Of a DNA stretch of 64,000 nt, positions 20,202 to 31,100 are shown in pieces. The position numbers and the translations under genes are program-made. This stretch comes from Rhodothermales bacterium (lineage in GTDB: Bacteria; Bacteroidota; Rhodothermia; Rhodothermales; Bin80). The DNA is taken from contig OZ244061.1 of assembly GCA_965215475.1 (NCBI GenBank), positions 2,728,307-2,792,306 of the forward strand, given 5' to 3'. Below the pieces are notes generated by a model. The model made no database searches and was not told the DNA's origin. It worked only from the letters and a program-made list of their open reading frames with translations. Every line of letters begins with the position of its first letter. The first letter of the stretch is position 1.

Positions 20202-21965
20202 TCAGACAAAGTCTGATCTCCACAAATGTACAGCTCTCTCAGCAAGTCGCTGCTGTCGTTTATTAACTAGTTCTGGCGTCCATGTCTCAGGCGCAATTTC
20301 AGGGAGCTCCTTGGTAAGTTCGTAGGCACTGTTTTTGTACGCTTCACATTTTTCGTCATACGTTGTATTACTGATTTTTTTATTTGCTGATGACTCAAGA
20401 AGAGTCAGATTGCCGAGACGATACACTGAAGATTCCTGAATTTCGAGTGGAAAAGTTTCTTCCCATGCCTCTACTGGATTTTCGGGAAAAATATGCTCAA
20501 TTGTTCCAGGATCTGTCTCAAAATCACACGAACGCCCTCCAATATTTTGTTCAAGACGTGCTAGAATATATTTCGCCAACTTCCTCCTCAATCCGCGAGG
20601 GGGGATTACTAAGATTGAAAAATCTTGATACATTTTTTCGTCATCTACGTAAACTGGTTTGATTAGCTTGAACACGTCTGCTGGCGATGTTGCCTCTCGA
20701 TCTATAACTGCTCTTGCCGCATTGGGATAGACACGTTCAAGCACATTGGTATTAAGACGGCTGACTACGTTATAGCGAAATGATGTGACGCTTAAGAGTT
20801 TAAGGGTTCGTACAAAATCCTTTTTGGAAAAAACTTCCCAAGTGGCGAATATAAGCGGTAGCATCTGGCGAACTCGAAAAAGGCAAACTTCTCGTATATA
20901 TGGTTTTGCATTGGGTAAGTCCATCCAATAACCATGATTTGGATCCGAGAATGCCGCAAACAGTTCTGCCCTACCTTCCAGTTCATCGAGAAGTACAAAA
21001 ACATCCTCTTGTGACCTGGTTATGTCTCGTATTAGCTTGAAAAGGCGCTTGCTTCGTACCTTGCTCTGTCTACAGAGTAAATGATAGCGTAGAAATTCTG
21101 TAAACCGATCTTGACCTACAGTTGAAATCAATTTTGTCCACCGGCGCTGGAGAGCTTCCAGATCAGCAGGAACTTGTACCAAGGAGAACAGATAGTTCTT
21201 GAGTAAATCCGTTGTTGTAAGCTCAAGACCACGCGCGTTGAGAGTCTCAAATACCGTATACGCATTCAGTTCGTCATCTACTGTTATAAGGATAAACAGC
21301 AGTTGGCGTGCTACGCTTTCAGACAGAATACCAGCCACAATCTCTCCATCCGTTTTCAGATCTTCCGATTCATCAAGTCGTTCTCTAAAGTACAGAAAAC
21401 ATTTCCAGAGTAGGTTGTTCGATTTAGGGAGTCTCCTCGGATTAAGAGGTCTTCTCAACTGGACTAGATAGTCCTGATAGAAGCCGTTATCTGTATGATT
21501 TAATACGAGCCGAGTACTCTCGGTAAGTGATGCGGGGTCTTTTTCTCCAATGAAGCGATTACGCAACTGTTGCGCGCGTTCCTTATTTGAGTCAGGCTCA
21601 ACCCCTTCATTCGCCATCATGTACAATTTACTGATTATGGCAAGTGCAAACAGACTTAATGTGGCTAACCGCTGCTGCCCATCAATGACCAAGAATTCAC
21701 GGTCGCTTTTCCCCTGAATTACCAAAGATCCCATGAAGTGATGATCTTGATCACCAGATGTCAACCCGGCAATATCGTTCCATAGATCTTCCCACTCCTC
21801 TTCTGACCAAGAATAGTCGCGTTGATACGGTGGTACACTGTAGGATCTGCCGTTACCTATCAACTCCATATAGTTAATTGTGCGAGTGTTCAGGATATTT
21901 GTTTTTCCCATCTCAAGAAGCTGTTCGGTTATCTCGGTTTTTTGAATATAGGTTGGACTACACAA
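20202..21965 (-). CDS. DUF262/DUF1524 (GmrSD-like) nuclease, likely type IV restriction/defence
   Basis: Intact 587 aa ORF. N-terminal DUF262 motifs are PPYQRDYSW and VIDGQQRLATL. The C-terminal DUF1524 His-Me finger reads TIEHIFPENP...YRLGNLTLLE. An alternative start exists at 21911 (MGKTNIL). Confidence 0.85.
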   Translation of the reverse strand: MCSPTYIQKTEITEQLLEMGKTNILNTRTINYMELIGNGRSYSVPPYQRDYSWSEEEWEDLWNDIAGLTSGDQDHHFMGSLVIQGKSDREFLVIDGQQRLATLSLFALAIISKLYMMANEGVEPDSNKERAQQLRNRFIGEKDPASLTESTRLVLNHTDNGFYQDYLVQLRRPLNPRRLPKSNNLLWKCFLYFRERLDESEDLKTDGEIVAGILSESVARQLLFILITVDDELNAYTVFETLNARGLELTTTDLLKNYLFSLVQVPADLEALQRRWTKLISTVGQDRFTEFLRYHLLCRQSKVRSKRLFKLIRDITRSQEDVFVLLDELEGRAELFAAFSDPNHGYWMDLPNAKPYIREVCLFRVRQMLPLIFATWEVFSKKDFVRTLKLLSVTSFRYNVVSRLNTNVLERVYPNAARAVIDREATSPADVFKLIKPVYVDDEKMYQDFSILVIPPRGLRRKLAKYILARLEQNIGGRSCDFETDPGTIEHIFPENPVEAWEETFPLEIQESSVYRLGNLTLLESSANKKISNTTYDEKCEAYKNSAYELTKELPEIAPETWTPELVNKRQQRLAERAVHLWRSDFV

Positions 21966-22344
21966 ATCACTCCTTTACGAAATCTTATGCAAAAACAGCC
22001 CTAAATTGCTCCAAAAAATTCTCGGAGAATTTGCCCCTTAAAAGGTAGCAACGTCAATCTGAACCATGTGACAACTTCGGTTTGAGTGTACAAGCCTCGC
22101 GAAAAATATACCAAATTTCTGATTGGAATACATGCCTCAATTCATTTCGCGCGAACACTCCACCGATAAAACATCCTCTTCAAGCAGAAAACGATCTTGT
22201 AACCGCGTCCTTCCACATGCAGAAATCGTTCAAACCCCTTCTGGAAAGGAGATGATGTGGTGTTCAGTTTTTCAAAAATCCCAACCCATTACCTCTGTAT
22301 AAGAGGTAATCACCGAAGTTAGGGCCATAGCCCACGAGTCCGAA

Positions 22345-22880
22345 GATTCCTGCGACGGCCATGATCCAGGCCTTACTCGCACTCAAACTCTGGGGAATTG
22401 GGCGACCGTATCATGTCATGCCCCATATCCCGGATCGCGGCAGTGCGTTCTTTGCTGGGCTCAATGTCCTGCCAAAAAATCGACGTTGACGGAGTATAGC
22501 ACCCGGATGGATTCCGACCCTGGAGAGATCCTTTGATTTGGATTTTCATGCGATCCCCTATCATGGGGATGAGGTGTTCATGCAGAAGCATTCTATCTCC
22601 AAGCGGAGTCGTCAGCGTGGAATCTTGGCATTGGTGGCACGAGAGGCCAGTCAGCGGGTGTTGATCCATGGGGATGCGAAGATCACGAAAGCGACCCAGA
22701 ATGGTGCCATTTTATCCTTCACTGACCTCTGGAAACAACGGACGGGAGAAGTACCAAAGGAATTGGTCTTTGACCGCCGCTTTACGACCTATGCGCATCT
22801 GGCGAAACTCCATGAACGGGGAATCTTCTTCTTAACGTTGCGCAAGCTTGCCCCACTATAATCCAGCAGATCTTGGAGCA
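22345..22880 (+). mobile_element. IS4-superfamily DDE transposase fragment (3'-truncated, frameshifted)
   Basis: Contains LALKLWGIGRPYHVM..FFAGLNVLPK, KSTLTEYSTR and FDLDFHAIPYHGDE. About 97% identical in DNA (22515-22880) to 53795-54160. Confidence 0.7.
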
Positions 22881-22976
22881 ACCACCGAACAAAATTCACA
22901 AATGAGCATTTTCTGGATAGACACTCTGTAATAGATTCAGTCCGTCACAAAACATATATCGCAAAGTCCAAACACC

Positions 22977-25234
22977 ATGCGTATAGAGTGCATCGAAGTG
23001 AGTAACTTCAGAAGGTTGCTAGCTACACACGTAGACATTGCTGCTACAAAGACACTGTGAGTGGGGGCAAATAATAGCGGCAAGACCTCCGCTATGGTAG
23101 CCCTCCGCCTGTTTCTTAAAGAGAGAGGTGGGTTTTCAGTCAAAGATATTACCGCCTCCAACTGGCCGGAAATTGAACGCTTCGCAAATACTTGGGGCAC
23201 GGATGATGATTCTGGATCCCATGATCCAGAACGACTCAATCAGTTCCTACCTGCGATAGACGTCTGGATTTCGATTGCAGATAACGAACTTCGTCATGTA
23301 GCGCATTTGATACCAAGCCTGGACTGGGACGGTGATAACCTTGGCGTGCGTATACGCATAGAGGCAAAATCGTTTGAGGATCTTCGGAAGGACTTTGTTC
23401 AAGCACAGTTGAACGCCAAAGAGCGGGGCGAGAACTACAATTCAGAGAACAATGCATCTTCGGGGAACTTCTCGCTTTGGCCAAAATCCCTCCAAGATTA
23501 CTTGGATCGTAAATTCACTTCAGCACTGACCATGGAATCTTAAATCCTTGACCCAGACAAGGTTGTACAGCCCGAAACGAATCATACCGCTGAACCCCAA
23601 AAGCTTCCTGAACGGGCTCAATCACTTGGCAAAGATCCTTTTGCTGGGCTCATTCATCTTCGAGAAATCAGAGCGCAACGTGGATTCACGGATGCTTCCG
23701 AAAGCCGTCATCAAGACTCTCATGAAAGCACCGGCAAACGAAGCAGAACAAAAAATCAAAAACTATCTTCTCAACTCAGTACATACTATCACCGACATCT
23801 TTCCCCAGATCAGAATCCCACCAGCGAAGACGTTTCCGCATTGGAAGCAATCCATACTGCTCAATCCACTTTCGACGAGAAACTGGAAATTGGGTTTAAG
23901 TCTGCCATAAACGAGCTTTCGCAACTCGGTTATCCGGGTATGTCAAATCCGAAATTGTCAATCTCAACCAGAATCCGGCCCACTGATGGGCTCGATCATG
24001 CGTCTGCTGTGCAGTACGATATTGGCGGAGCAGGTGGGCTGTTCGTCTTCCAGAAGATTACAGTGGGCTTGGGTTTCAGAACCTTATTTCTATGGTATTT
24101 CAGCTTATGTGTTTTCGGGATGAGTGGATGCGTGTCGGGAAACTATCAAGTACTACGGTGACCGATACCAAACCTGTTATCGAGCCTCTCCAATTGATTC
24201 TTATTGAAGAACCAGAAGCGTATCTCCATGCCCAGGTGCAGCAAGTATTTATTCGCAAAGCATAGGATGTCTTGCGCAACCATCCTGATCTGGGTGAAAT
24301 AACGGATTTCCACTCCCAACTCATCGTTAGTACACACTCAAGTCACATCGTACACGAATTGGATTTTAAGAACTTACGCTATTTCAAGCGCCTACCTGCT
24401 ACAGAAACGAATGTGCCAACCTCAGTGGTCGCTAATCTGTCTGCCCTATTTGGAAAGGGTAACGAGACAACACGTTTCGTCCGGCGCTATCTCAAGACGA
24501 CCCATTGTGATCTATTCTTCGCCGATGCAATTATCTTGGTGGAAGGAGCGGCTGAAAGAATCCTCATTTCCCATTTTATTGAACACCACTCCCCTGACCT
24601 CGCCCACCGGTACGTCTCACTATTGGAGCTTGGCGGTAGTCATGCACATCGGTTGAAGCCACTCGTTGAGATACTTTCTATACCAACACTAATAATTACT
24701 GATCTTGATGCGGTTGATCCGAAAAATAACGGTAAGTCAGTACTTCCGCAACATGGCCAAGAATACGACACTGGCAATTCCGTCCTTAAATCGTGGTTGC
24801 CCAAGAAAACGAAGATTGATGAACTCCTAGACCAAGAAAATCTTGTGGCGGAAGAAGCCGGAGGTGGTTATGGAATAATTGGAGTGGTTTTTCAACGGAA
24901 ATTTCTAGTCACTTATCCAGAAGGATCGGAGCCAGTCTCACTGATTCCAAGTACATTTGAAGACGCACTGATATTAGCAAATTTGGATATAGTTAAGAAT
25001 CTTTCAGGTGTGACCATGACGAACGCATTTGCAGAAATTATACGGAAAGGTGCCAATGTTGGAGATATTGCGCAAGGACTCTATGATCGTCTTAGGAACT
25101 CACCTCAAAAAGCAGCATTCGCCCTCGATTTATTGGTAAGCGAAAACTTTGACCAATTAGTTCTACCGCCATACGTAAAAAAAGGTTTTTGTTGGCTTCA
25201 AGAACGGCTTGAGACATATGAGAATGTTGGGTGA
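22977..25234 (+). pseudogene. Class-2 OLD-family nuclease (ABC-type ATPase + Toprim), GajA-like, inactivated
   Basis: The N-terminus reads MRIECIEVSNFRRL..TL*VGANNSGKTS. ABC signature/Walker B region: LILIEEPEAYLHAQVQQVF. Toprim: ILVEGAAERIL and ITDLDAVDP. In-frame stops are TGA 23058-23060, TAA 23541-23543 and TAG 24263-24265, with a frameshift near 24030-24050. Confidence 0.85.
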
Positions 25235-27119
25235 TGACTGATACATCTTTCACAGAAGACGACACACGAGACAATACTGCGGATGAGACAATTAAAACCT
25301 GCTTATCACTGAAAAAACCGCATAGTTTTTTCCTCTATGCCGGAGCTGGTTCTGGAAAGACACGTTCACTGAAAGACGCGTTGCATTTTGTTTTGGAGAA
25401 ATATGGTGACGCTTTACGCCGTCAGGGTCGAAAGGTCGCTGTGATCACGTATACAAACGCTGCCTGCGATGAAATTCTCCGCCGTGTCAAACATGATCCT
25501 GTCTTTGATGTCGCTACAATTCATAGTTTCGCTTGGACACTACTTGAGGGGCGAACCCAAGATATTAGTCAGTGGCTGGCTAAGAGACTGCCAAAAGATA
25601 TCGAAAAAAATGTTGGCAAGCTTGGCCACGCGCGAATCAAAAAACACCAAGATATTCACCAGCACAAAATCGCTTCGCTCAAGGAGCGATTAAAGGGACT
25701 GGAAAGCATTATCCAGTTCACCTACAATCCGAACGGGGATAATTTTGGCAAGGATTCTCTCTCTCACAGTGAAGTCATTGACATATCTTCTGATTTCCTC
25801 ATCCATAAGCCGACGCTTCAGAAAATTGTGCTTAGCCGCTATCCCTTTTTGCTGATTGATGAGAGCCAAGACACGCTCAAACAGTTTATGGAGGCCATTC
25901 TAGAATTTGAAAAAGTACATAAAGGTCAGATCGTAATAGGTCTCTTTGGGGATACAATGCAACGTATCTATGGCCATGGCAAGAGCGACCTTATGGAATC
26001 TATCCCTGAGTACTGGAAAAAGCCTAAAAAATGCATGAATCATCGAAGCCGAGAACGTATCATCAGGTTAGCAAATGCGATTCGTAAGGACGCTGATGGC
26101 TGGTCACAGCGGGATCGAGCCAACAAATCAGGTGGCCACGTAGCTGCTTATATCGTTCCAGTTACCACCGCAGATAAGTCCGCTTTGGAAGGCCGAATTT
26201 GTAAAGACCTTGCTGAACGTACAAGCGATCCAGACTGGACTGACATGAAGGTCGTGAAAATGATAACCGTTGAACATCATATGGCAGCTGAAAGACTCGG
26301 GTTTAAGACTCTGTTTTCCGCGATTGATCCGGTTTCTACACTGAGGACAGGATTTCGTGATGGCTCTCTTGCAGCACTTCGTTTTTTCACTGAGCTAGTA
26401 TTGCCGCTCGTAAATGCACATCAAGAAGGAAGTCACTATGCCGTTATGTCTATTTTACGTAGCCAGTCGCCACTGCTTTCAAGAACACAACTACAATTGA
26501 AGAAAGATACAATCAAAACATCCATGGAGATCGTTCGAAGGGCTGTCTCAGTTCTCACGACACATTTTGAGAATAGTAATGATCCCCGATGTATCGATAT
26601 TCTCTCTATAGTAAAAACCTACAGGCTTTTCACTATCCCTGAGGATCTTCTTACGGCATTAGATTTGCGAAATAATGCATCCACGGAGGGTAGTTTTGAT
26701 GAAAAGATGATAAGATTGCTGCCTGGCAGAAATTGCTCGATGTTCAATTTTCGGAAATTTCACTATACAAAGACTATGTGAACGATCGTAGCCGATTTGG
26801 CACGCATCAAGGTGTGAAGGGTTTAGAGTATCCACGAGTCATGGTAATCACTGACGATTCCAGCATGCGCTTCAAAGGTTCGGTAGCTTATGATAAACTC
26901 TTTGGTGCGAAGCCTCCAAGTAAAACCGATATGGATAATGAAAGAGATGGAAGAGAGACCATGAATGATCGTACCCGGCGTTTGCTCTATGTTACTTGTA
27001 CACGGGCCAAAGAAAGCTTGGCATTGGTAATCTATAGTAACAATCCAAACCCGATAAAAGAGACTTTATTGGACAAGCAATGGTTCAAGGAGGACGAGAT
27101 TAATACATCAATCCATTAA
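25231..27119 (+). pseudogene. UvrD/PcrA/Rep-like helicase (GajB-like), one frameshift
   Basis: Walker A is YAGAGSGKT, motif II is FLLIDESQDT, and the C-terminus reads THQGVKGLEYPRVMVI...RRLLYVTCTRAKESL. The frame switches at about 26697-26710 next to GAAAAG. The start overlaps the OLD stop (ATGA). Confidence 0.8.
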
Positions 27120-28054
27120 CTGGGTTGAATAATCTAACGGATTTATATATGTGTACACCCATAGAAAACTGCAACATCTTCTTGAGTTCAGGTGAATTCT
27201 TCTCTCCGGGAGGAGGCAGATGTGCTTGTTATGCTGGTGCTATCAACGCCGGTAAATTGGCTACCATTCATGGCTGTACATTGCCGAAAACATCAACTTG
27301 CGCTGAGGAGAATCTTTTATGTTTGAGCAGGAGTTTGCAAGAGCCTCCCTATCTACGTCATCTGGAACAACGACCATGTAGTCGCGATGCAAAACCTGAA
27401 GACAACAAGTATTTGCTACGGCTTGTCGGAGCTGAGGAACAAGATTAGTCTGACGACATCTGGGATACACAATGCCTTGGACGAGAATCTTGAGCGTATA
27501 CTGAAGCGAGAGATATCAGAGGAAGTCCTTGAAGGGCTATTCAATGGCCAAGGGCATAAATTCAGGATGAAGAAAAAGCAGGCAAAGAAAAATCCGTTCA
27601 TTCTGCGTTCAATCATTGAGAACGCAAATGCCCAAGGACGACAAAGTCACACGCTCAAGCTACATCTTAAACAGGATCGTCCAAATCCGTCCCACATATG
27701 AAGAGTGAAGTCGGAAATTCAAACAATAGATTCACCAAGGTACGTTTTAAGTTTGAAGATCAAGTACCTCATATCGTGTGCGTTTCAATCGGATCAAACT
27801 GATCAAGTCACTGTTGAACGAAATCAAGTTACAGGATCCTACTTCACACAAGCCACTAGGATTTCGGAGGTAATGCTCCAATACGATATATATTATCGTC
27901 ACAACGAGGCAATATTGCAATAGCGATCTCCTATTGTTTCCTCCTGATATTGGAGAAATCTTCCAACCTTTTGAAAAAATACTTGTTAAAGTCTTGAATG
28001 GAATTACGCGTAGTCGTTAGTTATTGTGTAATTCCCGAAAGAGGTGCTGGGATA

Positions 28055-28146
28055 CCTATGTCGAATTAGGTTTATCTACTATGGCTTGTCATCCCAGTGC
28101 CGGATTGCATCTAAATTCATAACTCAACGGGCAGAGGCCCAAACAC
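28055..28146 (+). promoter_or_regulatory. Conserved 92-bp upstream block (promoter/5' UTR) of giant gene B
   Basis: Identical to the reverse complement of 19370-19461. It contains TAGGTTTA (28067-28074), a near match to the Bacteroidota -7 box TAnnTTTG. The promoter assignment is weak. Confidence 0.6.
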
Positions 28147-31100
28147 ATGAAACATTTTACTAAACTTTTCGGGGTTGGCTGCGTGGCACTGTTGGCCATG
28201 CTGTTTGCCGCCTCCGGCGCATTTGCGCAGACAACAAGATATGTGGATGTAAATAATGGAAGCGGTGCGGATTGTACCCTTACGGCACCGTGTCTGTTAG
28301 ACAACGCCATAGGCTCTGAAGGCACCGTCTTGATCCGGGTTCGCCGGGCAGGGAGCACCGTTACGCTTGCTCCCCCTGCGTCTTCCCTAACAGCGAATAT
28401 AACGTTTGGGGCTTATGTGCGGGGCAGTGGAAGCGCGGTCAAGGGGACGTTGGAATTTGAAGACGAATTTACAATTGGTGCTGGGACATTTACAATCCAC
28501 AAAGATGCGACGGTTCAATTTGAGGATGTGAAATTGTCTGATGATGCAACAAGGACTTCTGGAGCAATAGCGTTTGCTGATTCTCCTGCTGACGACAAAA
28601 ATCATCCAGCAAGCAGGCTGTCGATTACGGGGACCTTGACGGTCGTGGGGTCGTCAAACTACCTCGACGCACTCGAGGTGGCGAACGATCTAACGATTGA
28701 GGGTGAGAGCACGAGTCCAAGATTGAGAGTGAATCAGCTAACGGTCAAGCGTGGTGCCACGCTGACGGTAGGCGGCTCCACTGCTGCCGCGGAGATTGAT
28801 CTACACGTTGCTCTGAAAAAATCAGCAAAGGATAGTAAGAATGGAATCCTGACGGTAGATGGCACAATTGACGGGCCGGGAACGGTTTGGTTTACCCCGG
28901 AAGCTCGAACTTCAAGCTTCTTTCATCTGAGTAGTGATTATCAACCCGATGCCAGGAATGTGATAGATCATGATGATTGTGTTCTGGTGACCGGAGGCGG
29001 GGAGATCGAAAATGAGATCCGCGCGATCGCGGCAGGGAATATCTGTATCAATCTGACAAAGATTGGGGATTTGACGGTGGCAGGAAGTATTGCAGCTGAC
29101 GCCACCGATAATCCGGACGTCACGACGGATGTCATTTTCCGGAACGAGGTCGAGATTGATGGGGATGTGGTGCAGTGGAACGATGCCCGGGTGGTGTTTG
29201 AGAAGGATGCCACGGTCACGGGGGATGTGATTTTGGCAGATGGAGTGTTGCCGACCGGCGTATTTCCAAGCAGTTTTCCAGTCGATCAGAGTACAGCTCG
29301 GGTGGATGATGGAGGTGTTGCGACTTCAATCCGCAGGGGCGTCAAGCTGGCCAGCGCGGCGGAAAACGATCCGTTTACGTGTGAGTACCTCAATGACATG
29401 GCAGCGGTGCGCATCGTGGATACGCCTGTGGTGAGTTTGAGCGCCACTCCCACCTCACAGGTTGTGGGTGGAACCGTGACGGTGACCGCGACCCTCAATA
29501 AAGCGCATCCAGATGGCACTGATGTAACGGTTCCATTGGTCGTGAACCCAGCCAACGCGGTGACGCCGGCTAATCCGAGTATAACGATTGCTGGTGTCGC
29601 CACGACGGGTAGTGTTCCCCTTACGGTATCAAACACACCGGGCACCTTCACGGTGGCGTTGGGTGAGGTGATGAATGCGCGTCCAGGCACCACCGCCACG
29701 TCCGTCTCGATCACCGTCACGCCGACGGGGAAGAACCTCTTGGTAGACGACCCGTCGGATGCGCGGTTCTTCAAGAATCAGGACACCGCAACGGCAGGAC
29801 CGGGATTTTATATTCCGGGAGTCCTCTTCCAGGGCGAGGTGACGATTGAGGGGGATCTGGATATTCGCTCCGATGACATTGCTGGAATAGATTCCGCGCC
29901 GAACCGCAAGGATACAAGCTGTGCTCCTCGTGTGATTTTCGCGGCAGAGAAGGTAGGCAAGGCGAACTCGGCCATCATGTCGCGGATTGAAGGAGATTTG
30001 AACATTGAAGCCACGCACAATGACCGCATCCTTCTGGATGCCCATATGGATGGCGCAATTATTTCGGCGCACAACTTGGCATTGGACGGAGAGATTTTTG
30101 CGGAGGAGGGGGCACCGATTGAAATGGAAAATCCCGCGGAGACGCTGGATGAGGGGGAGTGCAAGAATACGCTTGCGTTAAATGGCGGGACACGCCTGAT
30201 TTTGACCGAGGAAGGAAACGGCCGGGAGATTTCGGGGGATCTGATGATTCATGCGTTGGTCACCTTGGAAGACCTAGAGATTACGGGAGATGTGACGGTT
30301 ACGACGCTTCATGTGGGGAGCGGATCTGACCTTGAGGTGGATGAAACGCTCACCGTCAAAGACGCGCTGATCCTTGAGGGCGAATTGGATGGTGCATTGC
30401 ATTCCAACTCCGAGTTGAAGCACTTGGTGTATGCCAGCCGGAACACGGATATCGTCACAGGCCTCACGGAGAAGGGGGCACTTGAATCGTTGTCCATCTA
30501 TCTGGATGGCGGAGAGTTACGTCTGGATGAGGTGACCGAGACCAAGAACCTGGGACTCTGCAAGGGCCCTCTGGTTCTGTTTGCTGCAGGAACCGATACG
30601 CAGAATACGCTGATGGTGACGGAGCAGATTACGGTGAAGGAGGGTACGCTGAGTTTGGACACCAATGATCCGGGGAGCATTGGCACGGACGTTCCGGATA
30701 AGGAAGCCGATCGTACCGGAAATCACGGTTATATTCTAAAGTATGTAGTAGAGAAAGAGCACACGATTGACAGCGAGTGGTTTACGGGCGTACGGAAAGT
30801 GGCGATAGATCATAAGGATGCGGTCGTGATCGTGGACGAGAAGCAATCTCTGATCGAGGGGGTCCACATCTTTAATGGACATCTACACCTGAAAGGAGAG
30901 GGATCTCATCTGACGATTGGGCCCTCGAGTAAACATGCTCCGTTCTTGATGATTGACAACGGAGAGCTACATGCCAACGGAAATAACGTGGTGGTGCATG
31001 GCAAGGTGGATGTGGGCAAGGCAGACAAGCAAACGGGCAAGATCATGACGGGTGGGGGCGAGCTCCATGTGCTGGGGCAGCTCAACAGTAGCAAGGGTTT

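Noticed and set aside
27125-27701. ORFs 27125-27448 and 27387-27701 as real genes at the edge of the cargo
   Set aside because: They overlap in different frames, carry no recognisable motifs and begin at weak starts. Only frame 0 at 27327-27701 looks protein-like, and that is noted under the cargo finding rather than called as a feature.
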